Positions 51,845 through 61,931 of a stretch of DNA of 64,000 bases are shown in pieces. Source of the DNA: Savitreella phatthalungensis (Eukaryota); assembly GCA_051599415.1 (NCBI GenBank), contig AP039694.1, positions 186,001 through 250,000 on the forward strand, given 5' to 3'. Position 1 is the first letter of the stretch. The number at the start of each line of letters is the position of its first letter. The notes beneath the pieces were generated by a model. The model did no database searches, was not told where the DNA came from, and worked only from the letters and a program-made list of their open reading frames with translations. Position numbers and translations under genes: made by a program.

Positions 51845-53071
51845 CTATAGACGCTGAACGATGACTGCAGAAGAGCCACCGCCGCCGTTGCAGATAGCAG
51901 CGACGCCGTACTCGCCCTGTTTGAGGCTGTGGACGAGTGAAACGAGGATACGTGATCCTGAAGAACCGATTGGGTGACCGAGTGCAACTGCACCACCGGA
52001 GACGTTGACCTTGGCAGGATCAATGCCGGCGAGACGTGTGACTGCAATACCGACGACCGAGAACGCCTCATTCAACTCCCACTTGGCAATATCGCCCACA
52101 CTCAACCCGGCGCGTGACAGGACCTTCTTGATGGCCTCTGCTGGAGCAATGGTGAAGTCGATCGGTGCAAGTGCAGCATCTGCCATGTCGACAATCCGAG
52201 CGAGTGGTGTTGTTCCTGATGGGACGGCATCCCGGTGGGCGACGACAAGAGCAGAGGCACCGTCGTTAAGAGATGACGCGTTTGCTGCTGTCACTGTACC
52301 GTCCTTCTTGAATGCCGGACGCAAGGTCGGAACCTTGTCTAGCTTGAGCGCAGAGTACTCCTCGTCGTGGTCAAACGTGGCTTTTGCCTTCTTCGTGCTG
52401 ATGTCGACTGGGGCAATCTCAGATGCGAAGCGTCCCTGCTTCCATGCCTCCGCGGCACGTCTGTAGGATTCAACGGCAAATGCATCCTGCTCTTCACGAG
52501 AGATGTTCTGTGTCTGCGCGCAGTGCTCTGCGCACATGCCCATGTGGAATTTGTTGTAGACGTCCGTTAGACCATCAAAGACGATACTGTCGTGAGCAAG
52601 CGTGTTGCCGAAAGATGCGTTGCGAGGGAAGTAGAATGGTGCGTTGCTCATAGATTCCATACCACCAGCCACCATCACCTTGCGCAGACCTAGCTGAATA
52701 GACTGAGCAGCGAGCATGACGGATTTCAAGCCAGATGCACAGACCTTGTTGATGGTCGTCGCCTCTGTGGAGTCCGGACAGCCTGCTGCAAGTGCAACCT
52801 GACGAGCTGGAGACTGGCCGACGTTTGCCTGGAGAACTTGTCCCATATAGACTTCGTCAACATCCTCTGGCTTGATACCTGCATCGGAAATGGCTGCTTT
52901 GACAGCGACTGTGCCGAGCTCTACTGCTGTCTTGCCCTTCAACGTGCCGTTGAATTTGCCGACTGGTGTACGGCGAGCAGAGAGAATTACGACATCCTTG
53001 AATGGAGAATCTTTGGCGAGCGCCGGTCTGGCAGAAGAGAATGCGCGCCTTGCTGAGTGGGAGATGCGCAT
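51845..53071 (-). CDS. Acetyl-CoA C-acetyltransferase (thiolase II) with mitochondrial presequence
   Basis: NKVCASG, GGMESMS, NEAF, GHPIGSSG, ICNGGGG. Arg/Ser/Ala-rich N-terminus. Confidence 0.96.
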   Translation of the reverse strand: MRISHSARRAFSSARPALAKDSPFKDVVILSARRTPVGKFNGTLKGKTAVELGTVAVKAAISDAGIKPEDVDEVYMGQVLQANVGQSPARQVALAAGCPDSTEATTINKVCASGLKSVMLAAQSIQLGLRKVMVAGGMESMSNAPFYFPRNASFGNTLAHDSIVFDGLTDVYNKFHMGMCAEHCAQTQNISREEQDAFAVESYRRAAEAWKQGRFASEIAPVDISTKKAKATFDHDEEYSALKLDKVPTLRPAFKKDGTVTAANASSLNDGASALVVAHRDAVPSGTTPLARIVDMADAALAPIDFTIAPAEAIKKVLSRAGLSVGDIAKWELNEAFSVVGIAVTRLAGIDPAKVNVSGGAVALGHPIGSSGSRILVSLVHSLKQGEYGVAAICNGGGGSSAVIVQRL

Positions 53072-53393
53072 TGTGACAGACTCTTTGGGTTTGGATTACT
53101 ATCAAGGGCAGATGACTTGGAAGTGCGCGCTTCTGTAAGAGTACGGTAGATGGTCAGAGAGCTCGAAGGTTGGATGAATGATGAGACTGGTTTGCTCGGT
53201 CGACCCCCGGGATGGTTGGCAGTTGAACCGCGGATAACTCATCCTCGGCTCCATCAAGCACATGCATGATCAACGATCCAGTGACCTTGGATAAATATAC
53301 TAAATTATACGTGCAGTACAGTGATTTTCAATTGAGCTCGCCAATAGTCAACAGCCAACATGCAGTCATTTCAATTTATTTTTTGTTCGACAC

Positions 53394-53942
53394 TCATTCT
53401 TCCTCATGTTCGTGATAAAATCTACTTTGCGGGACATCATACCTTTCCTTGAGAACCTTCAGCACAGCTGCTGCGTCCTCGCAGCCCTTGACAACCTGCA
53501 GGAGGATAGGATCGTTGTTGAGGGTCTGAAGGACGGTCCCGTGGGCTTTGTAGCTCTTGCAAACAAGTTCTTCAATGTCCTTGAAGACCTCCTCGTCAAT
53601 CTCAGAGAGCTCACTAGCAGTGCTGGTAGCGTCTGTCCTGCCTGTACCGGCACGGTAGCTTGCCCTCCCTTCATTGCTGGCTTCGAGCTTCTTCTCTTGA
53701 ATGAAAGCATTTAGCCTGGAAAATTTCATTGCTTGATAGGCTGGAAGAACCTTTCTCGCGTCCCTGCAGAGTTTGATGATCCTTTGATTGAACACCTCTG
53801 GGTAATACCCGTTCTTCAAGATCTCCGTCTCCATGGCAAAATACCATCGGTCATAGTCAGTCCTTGGGGAAGGAAAGGCAGGCCTTCTTTTGCCTCTTTG
53901 ACCTCTTGACATCGCCTGGGCTAGAGGCTGTTCGACGCTCAT
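53394..53942 (-). CDS. Stand-alone ORF resembling the N-terminal capsid half of Ty1/Copia Gag
   Basis: DYDRWYFAMETEILKNGYY and KAHGTVLQTLNNDPILLQVVKGCEDAAAVLKVLKERY match the Copia Gag pattern by eye. No zinc knuckle, pol or LTR seen. Confidence 0.65.
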   Translation of the reverse strand: MSVEQPLAQAMSRGQRGKRRPAFPSPRTDYDRWYFAMETEILKNGYYPEVFNQRIIKLCRDARKVLPAYQAMKFSRLNAFIQEKKLEASNEGRASYRAGTGRTDATSTASELSEIDEEVFKDIEELVCKSYKAHGTVLQTLNNDPILLQVVKGCEDAAAVLKVLKERYDVPQSRFYHEHEEE

Positions 53943-54412
53943 CTTTGTCTACACTGATCACTGGTGTATCACAGGAGTGAGTCCAGGCGGGGTCCGGGGT
54001 ATGGCACCTCGAGTAAGCCACACTGAGCCACACACCTCCACGAAATTGAAGCACGAAATTTGAAGGATGTGCGTCGAACAATTTCGACTCCCCAGCTTTC
54101 TTCCAACCAATTAGAATTCTGCCAGTCCAACATACTGCACTGAAATCGATCTCTATCAAGTCGATTCTAGATCTGCGAATTCAATTCGTGCATTCAAGAA
54201 TGAGAACATGTGATTGACTCCACTGGCGCGTCTCATATCTGGAAAATTACACACACATAGACGTGTTATACTCAATCATAGATGCAGCATCTATCCGTCT
54301 TACACTGTTGTACCTCGACAGGTCATCACAGTCCACATAAACCTCGAGAGCTCAACGCAGGGTGAAAGACTGATTCGCTGGTCTGCTGATTTCCTGATTC
54401 CCTGATAGATAC

Positions 54413-55021
54413 ATGTCTCGCTCCAGAGATTCGCGAGACTCTTATTATTCCAGGGATCAGAATAGAACAACTGAGAGAGACTGGAGACGGCGGAGAGATC
54501 AAGAGCGTGACTCTAGATCTTCTGCTTATGTGGATACTCGACATCATTACAGCTCGTCCAGAGAATCTCGGAGACGGTCGTACTCTCGCTCACGATCACC
54601 GCCACGATCGCGGTCTCCACAGCCACGCTCCCGGTCACGCTACAGCTCTTCACCTGGCAGATATGATCGAACCAACTCGAAAGAGACACGACCACCTCCA
54701 TCGTCGCGTGACCCGCGCGAGTATGTCAGATCTCGCAGTCCAGCCCGACAGAAGCTTAATGAAAGACAGAGCACCATCAGAGAATCGACGTCCACAGTCA
54801 CCACTAAGTCTGAAGATGTCAAGGGCACAGTAGATGAAGCAGCCGATCCAGAGGACGCAATGGCTGCAATGATGGGATTTGGCGGCTTTGGCTCCACTAA
54901 AAACACAAAAGTGCAAGGCAACGGAAAAGGCGGCGCTATTGTTGGGAAAGCAGCTCAAACTACAAAATATCGACAATACATGAATCGCCAGGGCGGATTC
55001 AACAGAGCTCTCGAGGAGTGA
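54413..55021 (+). CDS. SNRNP27: U4/U6.U5 tri-snRNP 27 kDa protein
   Basis: RS-rich N-terminus, MMGFGGFGSTK and YRQYMNRQGGFNRAL. Confidence 0.93.
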   Translation: MSRSRDSRDSYYSRDQNRTTERDWRRRRDQERDSRSSAYVDTRHHYSSSRESRRRSYSRSRSPPRSRSPQPRSRSRYSSSPGRYDRTNSKETRPPPSSRDPREYVRSRSPARQKLNERQSTIRESTSTVTTKSEDVKGTVDEAADPEDAMAAMMGFGGFGSTKNTKVQGNGKGGAIVGKAAQTTKYRQYMNRQGGFNRALEE

Positions 55022-56313
55022 ACACATCACTCGCACCAACCCACACTCATTGACAGACTTCCATGCTGGAGTGCGACATGAAAGCAAAGAGAGATCGGTC
55101 ATCTCGCTCTCAGACGCCTGCCTGTCACCCAATCACTAGCGGCCAAACCATTGATCTGGATGTGAACAAGTTCTACAGCCATCGTCGTGCATCAGCGTCA
55201 CAAGATGGGACAAGCGAGGATTCTCCCATTGATTCAAGGATACAATTAATCGAAAGCTTAGAGTTCTTTGGTTCTTTGAACCCTACACCGAATACTTGAA
55301 TCCTTCAGCACAGTGCGGTTCAGCATCTTGCTGCTTTCTCTTGGCCTGTGACTGATTGACTTCGACAGAGTTAATCGAGTCCATGAAATTAAGCTGATTG
55401 GGTCAAATCTGATGATGGCTTTCTTCAATGATGTCACTCACTCACTCAACTTTAACCTCAAGAGATTACAGGGAGAACGGTAAAGGGAAAATATTCTACC
55501 GAAGAACAATTGGCAAGTGCAAGAGGAAAATGAAATTGAATACGACAGTGGAAGCCAATCAATCCACCCTATCACAAATAATCTTACCAGAGATCGAAAT
55601 GTACAACGGTGGGTCCCTTTCCAAAGGGTTCAAAGGACGAGGAAGCACACAGTTGCTAGCAGCCTCTCCCCGGCGGACCAAGACATCCCCTCTGGACGGT
55701 CATTACATCCACCTGATTGTCTTTTCCCTCCCTCCCACCTCCATTCCAGCTTGATTCGATTATGACATGACGAACGTCTGGATCCAACCAGATCTTCATT
55801 CGGGCAGCACCACCTTCGACCACGATGCGTCATCGCGCCAATCCTCTAAACTCCTTCAAATCTACAGGATCTTCTTCACATCTACGGAATCTACATCAGC
55901 TCAATTTTGAACGTTGCAACATGAGCAGCAGGACGATACGATCCTCACATCCGATCGAAAAGTCATAAGATCTGTCCAATCGATACCAATGGCGTTCATC
56001 ATTATCACTTTATCAGTGCTCGGTTATTCTTCATGCATCTCCACCGGGTCCAATCGTAGACACCCTCTTCAAGCCTTCCTCCACCTTATCCACCTTTCCA
56101 GAAAAACCATGATGAGCCTCTCCACACCCTGACAATCAGCTGTCCGAGATCTTGACCAACGACGTCAGGCTCTCAATTGTCTGGCAAGTCAGAGGCAGTG
56201 CACAAGTCTATCTATGTCTACACATGACGTATATAATCTTTCCTCCTGCTCATCCCTTCGTGAAGTGTCAAAAAAGTCACGCGCTTTTCCCAGCAACAAC
56301 CTGGTGACTGACC

Positions 56314-58050
56314 ATGTCGACTTCAGGATCGTTGCGTAGGACGATGCGTGATTCAGAACCGTCTCACGACAAGTACCACTCACGCAGGCGCTCAGATATG
56401 AGCAACAACGACCTGGTCGAGGACTTCAAGTCTAGACACCCTGTACCACCGGCATCTGCTGGTACCGGTGCTTCATCGACGACTGCGGCGCCGCCCATCA
56501 ATGCTCGCTCACCTGCCTCGCCAAATTCTTTTGCGCAGGACAGGCTTTCTGGCTCGACCGAGACCAACATTGACCACGAAGCTAGCGTCGGTTTGCCGAT
56601 GACGGCGTCTCGCGTCGAGGGACAGCAAACTTCCGGCCACTTCTTCAACGACGGTGAAAATGACTTTGTTGCCTCGCTCGGTCAGCCGAACAAGAACAAC
56701 CGGGTCGACATGCAGGACGGTCCGAACTCCTATCACGGCACTCAAGCGGCCAGGGTGCGCTCGCATTCCCGCTTCCGCGAGCGCGTCCAGGAATACAACC
56801 CGATTCATGTTCACTTATCTGATCTGACGGGTTCCCAGCGCCGTGCTCTCCGCATCAAGAACCACATCCTCGCGATGATTGGCGAGTTTGTCGGCACGAC
56901 ATTGTTCCTGATGTTTGCCTATCTTGGCACTCAGGTTGCTAGCATCCCCAATACCTCGATCAACGGCAACACTACCACAACTGGCAGCCAGGAGAGCGGA
57001 CAAGCTGTACAGACCCAGGTCTCAAACACGTCCTCCCTCCAGTTCATCGCCCTGTCATTCGGCTTCTCTCTTGCGGTGAACGCTTGGGTCTTCTTCCGTA
57101 TCTCCGGAGGTCTTTTCAACCCTGCTGTGGCTTTTGGCTTGGCCCTCGTCGGCGTCATCACGCCGGTTCGCGCAGTGCTTTTGACGATTTCCGAGATACT
57201 TGGTGGCATGACTGCTGCAGCCATCGTCCAGGCTCTTTTGCCCGGGCCGCAGTACGTGACGACACGCCTTGCTGACAATATGTCTGTCACTCGTGGTCTC
57301 TTCCTTGAGATGTTCCTCACGGCCATGCTCATGCTCACCATCTTCCTCCTGGCAGCCGAAAAGTCTCGCGCTACTTTCCTCGCCCCGATCGGCATCGGAC
57401 TGGCATTGTTCATTGCCGAACTCGGAGGAGTCTACTGGACCGGCGGCTCGCTCAACCCGGCCCGAACTCTTGGTCCTGATGTGGTAGGCAAGCAGTTCCC
57501 AGGCTACACCTGGATCTACTACGCTGGTCCCCTGCTCGGAAGTCTTGTCGCCGCCGGATTCTACAAGATGATGCGCGTTCTCCACTACGAAACCGTTGTC
57601 CCTGGCCAGGACGCCGACGGCACTTCGCCACTTATGGCTGACGGTGACAAAGCACCCACGGACGAACCGCGTGGTCGATCTGGAGGAGATGCTTTCGAGC
57701 CATCGCACGCAGAGAAGGCTGCCATGGCCGCTGACCCGAACGCGACAATGCAGACTTCCGGTGGTCCGTCGATGGCTGAGGCTGGTCGTGACAAGTCAGA
57801 GAAATACGAGGAAGCCATGAATGCTGGTGGCTCAGCTGCACCATCTGCAGCTCGGCCATCTGTCGGACGTGGTGCTTCACGTGGCGTCTCTTTCCTCGGT
57901 ATCCCTCTTGGCGCCCGTCAGCAATCTTACGCAGTCGACCGCATTGCAGGCCCAGGTATCGCAGACTACAGCCGCCCATCGGCAGGTGGACTCGGCGCAG
58001 ATCTCGACAACATCACGGAAGCTACCAAGTACGCGCCTCGTACCCGGTGA
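56314..58050 (+). CDS. Aquaporin (MIP family) with long N- and C-terminal extensions
   Basis: GEFVGT..F, ISGGLFNPAV, GGSLNPART, six TMs. Confidence 0.96.
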   Translation: MSTSGSLRRTMRDSEPSHDKYHSRRRSDMSNNDLVEDFKSRHPVPPASAGTGASSTTAAPPINARSPASPNSFAQDRLSGSTETNIDHEASVGLPMTASRVEGQQTSGHFFNDGENDFVASLGQPNKNNRVDMQDGPNSYHGTQAARVRSHSRFRERVQEYNPIHVHLSDLTGSQRRALRIKNHILAMIGEFVGTTLFLMFAYLGTQVASIPNTSINGNTTTTGSQESGQAVQTQVSNTSSLQFIALSFGFSLAVNAWVFFRISGGLFNPAVAFGLALVGVITPVRAVLLTISEILGGMTAAAIVQALLPGPQYVTTRLADNMSVTRGLFLEMFLTAMLMLTIFLLAAEKSRATFLAPIGIGLALFIAELGGVYWTGGSLNPARTLGPDVVGKQFPGYTWIYYAGPLLGSLVAAGFYKMMRVLHYETVVPGQDADGTSPLMADGDKAPTDEPRGRSGGDAFEPSHAEKAAMAADPNATMQTSGGPSMAEAGRDKSEKYEEAMNAGGSAAPSAARPSVGRGASRGVSFLGIPLGARQQSYAVDRIAGPGIADYSRPSAGGLGADLDNITEATKYAPRTR

Positions 58051-58301
58051 GCTCTTATCACCCTTGTGTTCAGATACGACCGTCGTTATCATCATTGCGA
58101 CAGCTTTCGCTGCCAGCTACCCCTGTACTTAATATCAAACCTTTCCTCAAGTCTACTAGCGTGCCTGTTTGACTGTGGCTACTGCATCTGTATGACGTTG
58201 TCACGATAGCCCTGTATTGCGCGTGATGTATTTTTTGGTCAAAACACAAAATCAACTCAAACCGTCATGATCATCTCCATACACATACCCATGAGTCCTG
58301 T

Positions 58302-59726
58302 ATGACCTCGACCATCTATGCCTTGTCTACCGTACCTGGCAAGGCTGCTGTCGCCGTCGTCCGTATCTCCGGGCCTTTGTCCTTCTCAATTCTTTCTCAG
58401 TTGACCAAGTCACCAGGGCGCAGTCATGTAAAGCCCAATCATCCATCATCACAGCCACTGTCTATCCCACCAAGAGAAGCACGGATCCGATCACTGCATC
58501 ACCCTCACTCACATCTCCTCCTGGATCGCGCACTAGTGCTAGCCTTCCCTGGTCCACGATCATTCACAGGAGAAGACACTGTCGAATTGCACCTTCACGG
58601 AAGCACAGCTGTCACCTCTGCCGTTCTCCGAGCGATCCCGGACTGCCAACCACCCACATCCTCCCCTGCCAACCTCATCAGACTTGCCCTGCCAGGCGAG
58701 TTCTCCAAACGCGCCTTCCTCAACGGCAAACTCAAAGACCTCACCGCGGCAGAATCACTCAGAGACGTCATCGATGCTCAAACTGAGCAACAACGAATCG
58801 TCGCATTCCGAGGCACCGACGGCTCTCTCGGCCTTCTTTACGACAGCTGGCGCCTAGAACTAGTCACGGCGCGGGCGCAGCTGGAAGCTGTGATTGATTT
58901 TGGTGACGATGGTGGGGACGCTGTGCACGAGGAGGAGGGTGCGTACGAGGTCTGCGATCGGGTGGTGACGTCGCTGCAGGCTCGGATTAGACATCACCTG
59001 TCACGCGGCCGCGCGGGCGAGTTGCTCAAGACCGGCATCAAACTCGCCATCTTCGGTCCACCGAACGCAGGCAAGTCATCACTCCTAAACGCCCTAGCCA
59101 GAACCGACGCCTCCATCGTCTCCGCAGAACCAGGCACCACGCGCGACATCGTCTCCCGCATCGTCGATATCGGTGGCTTTCCAGTGACTGTGAGTGACAC
59201 TGCGGGGCTTAGGGATGTTGACAAGGTCGGTGTGGTAGAAGGTGAGGGGATCCGACGCGCCCTGACCAATATTGACGGGGCACATGTCAGAGTGTGCCTG
59301 CTGCCGGCAGATAGTCCCGACCCAGACAGTCTGACGGCAGGCTGTCTTGCAACCCACCCGGATACCCTTGTTGTTTACAACAAGGTCGACCTGGTCGATC
59401 GAGTCGGTGACGGACTTGGGATATCGTGTAGGACACTCGAGGGAGTCGATCGGCTGGTTGAGTCGCTAGTCAAAAGGTTCAGGCATATGGTCCATGAGGG
59501 CAAGGCGGACGAGGAAAGCGATGTGGTGGTCATGTCAGAAAGACATCGAGAGGGGCTTCAAGCTTGTCTTCGTCACCTCGACCAGTACAGCGAAGGCGAT
59601 CGGGATCTCGTCTTCGATGCCGAGCACCTGAGAAGTGCAGCAGATGCGTTCGGTCGGATCACTGGGAAAGTCGACATCGAGCATGTTCTCGGACGTATCT
59701 TCAGTTCGTTCTGTATAGGCAAATAG
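58302..59726 (+). CDS. MSS1: tRNA modification GTPase MnmE/TrmE (mitochondrial)
   Basis: TIYALST, SFTGED.VELH.HG, GPPNAGKSSLLN, GTTRD, DTAGLR, NKVD, C-terminal FCIGK. Confidence 0.96.
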   Translation: MTSTIYALSTVPGKAAVAVVRISGPLSFSILSQLTKSPGRSHVKPNHPSSQPLSIPPREARIRSLHHPHSHLLLDRALVLAFPGPRSFTGEDTVELHLHGSTAVTSAVLRAIPDCQPPTSSPANLIRLALPGEFSKRAFLNGKLKDLTAAESLRDVIDAQTEQQRIVAFRGTDGSLGLLYDSWRLELVTARAQLEAVIDFGDDGGDAVHEEEGAYEVCDRVVTSLQARIRHHLSRGRAGELLKTGIKLAIFGPPNAGKSSLLNALARTDASIVSAEPGTTRDIVSRIVDIGGFPVTVSDTAGLRDVDKVGVVEGEGIRRALTNIDGAHVRVCLLPADSPDPDSLTAGCLATHPDTLVVYNKVDLVDRVGDGLGISCRTLEGVDRLVESLVKRFRHMVHEGKADEESDVVVMSERHREGLQACLRHLDQYSEGDRDLVFDAEHLRSAADAFGRITGKVDIEHVLGRIFSSFCIGK

Positions 59727-59953
59727 AATCAATGGGAACCACGCAGAAGCACGAGAGTCATGGGTTTCAAAGATTGGTCAATCAAATGGATAAGAGATAG
59801 TTCGTAAGCGTAGGAGGATTGAAGCAATTGCTCAAAGACCTCGTTTCGTGGTGAAGAGAGAGAGAGTAAAAGTGAGGATGGCGTGCGCGTCAAGCTCCTG
59901 CCAAGACCTCCAGCACGAGAAAAGAATCCATCAAAGCCTGTGGAGTAGGATCA

Positions 59954-61297
59954 TCACTCGTCATCGTCGCCGACGAGGACGTCAACGTCACCCTTAGCGG
60001 CACGAATCTTGACCTTGTTGCGCTCGCTGTCACCTTTCTTGCCAGTCACGCCGAACAAGGAGCGCTCGACCTCAAGTCCATCGCCTTCGAGGACAATCTT
60101 ACCGACCAGAGAACGGACGTCGACAGTGCCTTCAAAGTCGTGCGGGTAGGTGATGAGTTGACGACCACTGACAGTAGTGTGAGAGGCATCGACAATTCTG
60201 TCACCGAGTTCGTTGTCGACATAGACGCGCGAGTTGCCGTTGGCGGTCTTGGTAGAGAGCTCAGCAACAGGCATCTCTTCGCCATCTGAAAGGTCGTTGA
60301 TTGCGTCAAACTTGACGTCAGCCCAGATGTTACCCTTGACCACATCGAGGGTAAGCTCGCGGTAGACGGAGAATGTTCCGTTAAGGTCGCCATTGCCAAG
60401 CCGGATGCGGCTGCGCGACTCGTGGCCTCCTGACGTACCGCTTACATCCAATCGGACATTGCCGTCGGCAACGTTGATGTCCAGGTTATCAGAAGGGCTG
60501 CGGATGCTGCCGCGAATCGCACCCTTACCGACAACGAGAGATGTCTTGCGAGAGTGGACTTGGCCGGTCTTGATGAAGCCCTTTGCGAGACGAACGAGCC
60601 ACTCTTCAATCTCAAGAGACTCTGGAAGCGAGGAGAAGTCAAGCATGTGATGGGGAGCATCGATCTCGTAGTGCGGGATCACGAAGGTACCCACGATATT
60701 GGACGGGATCTGGATCGTGGCCGAAGCGTATGCCTCTAGGTCGTCACTCATCTGAACCTCGAGCTGTCCATCCTTGTTCTCAATACGAATATCGTCCTGG
60801 TTCTCTAGTCTCTTACGAGTGCGAAGATCGAACTGGACGCGGACCTTGTCACTGATCTTTGATGTTTCGAAGACAATCTTGCCGAACGATTTGGTACCTT
60901 TGAAAGTGATTCCGCGGGCTTCCTCGGGAGTGCTGTCGTACTGCGTCTCGCCGTCCCAGCGAACCCACTTGGAGACATCAGGGTGACGCTCACGCGGGGA
61001 ACGATGGTCCTCGCCGTTGGAAGCAAGCACGGGGGCAAGAGATTCTGAGACGAGAGAGTCTGCGGGCAAAATGAAGACAGTGTTCGACTGAGGAGCAGTA
61101 CACGTGTTGGTACCAGTCAGGTAGGCAATTGACTGGTAGGTGAGGAACGCATATGACCAGAGCGCAACAAAGAGCATCAGCCCCTTGCTTATTTGTATCC
61201 AGAGCGGACGTTGCTTGCGTGTGCGTGACTGAGATTCCAATTCATCTCGAGCCTGTGAGAGATCCTTCTCATTGACGATCGTGTCTGTCCTAGCCAT
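59954..61297 (-). CDS. Type II membrane protein with beta-repeat (DUF4097/adhesin-like) ectodomain
   Basis: Single N-terminal TM followed by repeated xxGxI/V beta motifs (AKGFIK, GKGAIRG, ADGNVR, GNGDLNG, VKGNIW, ANGNSR). Confidence 0.65.
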   Translation of the reverse strand: MARTDTIVNEKDLSQARDELESQSRTRKQRPLWIQISKGLMLFVALWSYAFLTYQSIAYLTGTNTCTAPQSNTVFILPADSLVSESLAPVLASNGEDHRSPRERHPDVSKWVRWDGETQYDSTPEEARGITFKGTKSFGKIVFETSKISDKVRVQFDLRTRKRLENQDDIRIENKDGQLEVQMSDDLEAYASATIQIPSNIVGTFVIPHYEIDAPHHMLDFSSLPESLEIEEWLVRLAKGFIKTGQVHSRKTSLVVGKGAIRGSIRSPSDNLDINVADGNVRLDVSGTSGGHESRSRIRLGNGDLNGTFSVYRELTLDVVKGNIWADVKFDAINDLSDGEEMPVAELSTKTANGNSRVYVDNELGDRIVDASHTTVSGRQLITYPHDFEGTVDVRSLVGKIVLEGDGLEVERSLFGVTGKKGDSERNKVKIRAAKGDVDVLVGDDDE

Positions 61298-61931
61298 CGT
61301 TGCAGATGATAGGGACAGGAAATGGGAAAGGAACCTTGTGAAGGAGCGGCAAGGTGTATGAAGATAAGGGTTACGTATGCGGAGAGTCCTTGCTATAAGT
61401 AGTCCTTCTAGATCAACGGGAAGGTCAAAGACGTTGGTAGGGGCTTATCAATCTGAGACTGGTCAATAGAGGATGATCATCAATTTGAAACCGTTTCCTG
61501 CTAAGCACGAATGACTTCATAGGTGGCCATTTCTCACGTGCTAATCTCTGAACTATATCTGAGCCAGTAATTCCATACAAACTTTTATATGCAATTGGAA
61601 AAAATGAAGGAGTCTACATCAATCTAACTCTCAAGGGTGCATTATCCGCCTTCGGGACATGACAGTGGAAAATGCCCGAAATCTGTCAGTTGTCAGGCAC
61701 TCTGATTCGTTGACTTGCCCGCCAGATTGAATCAGCCGAGTCCGGACGTCCAATAAACATTCGGACCGAGCACCTTTTGTCAGCGCTACTCACAATAGTC
61801 ACATATGCACAGGTGTAGACCCGGCAGCTTGTATAGTGTTTATTTTTGTGTTCCTCTCATGCTCCCTTTCTAGTGATACAATACTCCTTGCAAAGTGGAT
61901 GCTATGTTGTCGTATCGCGCGACACAATCCT

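Noticed and set aside
1782..53071. Possible CoA gene cluster (PanE, pantothenate kinase, thiolase)
   Set aside because: The genes are spread over 50 kb with many unrelated housekeeping genes between them, which is not a cluster.
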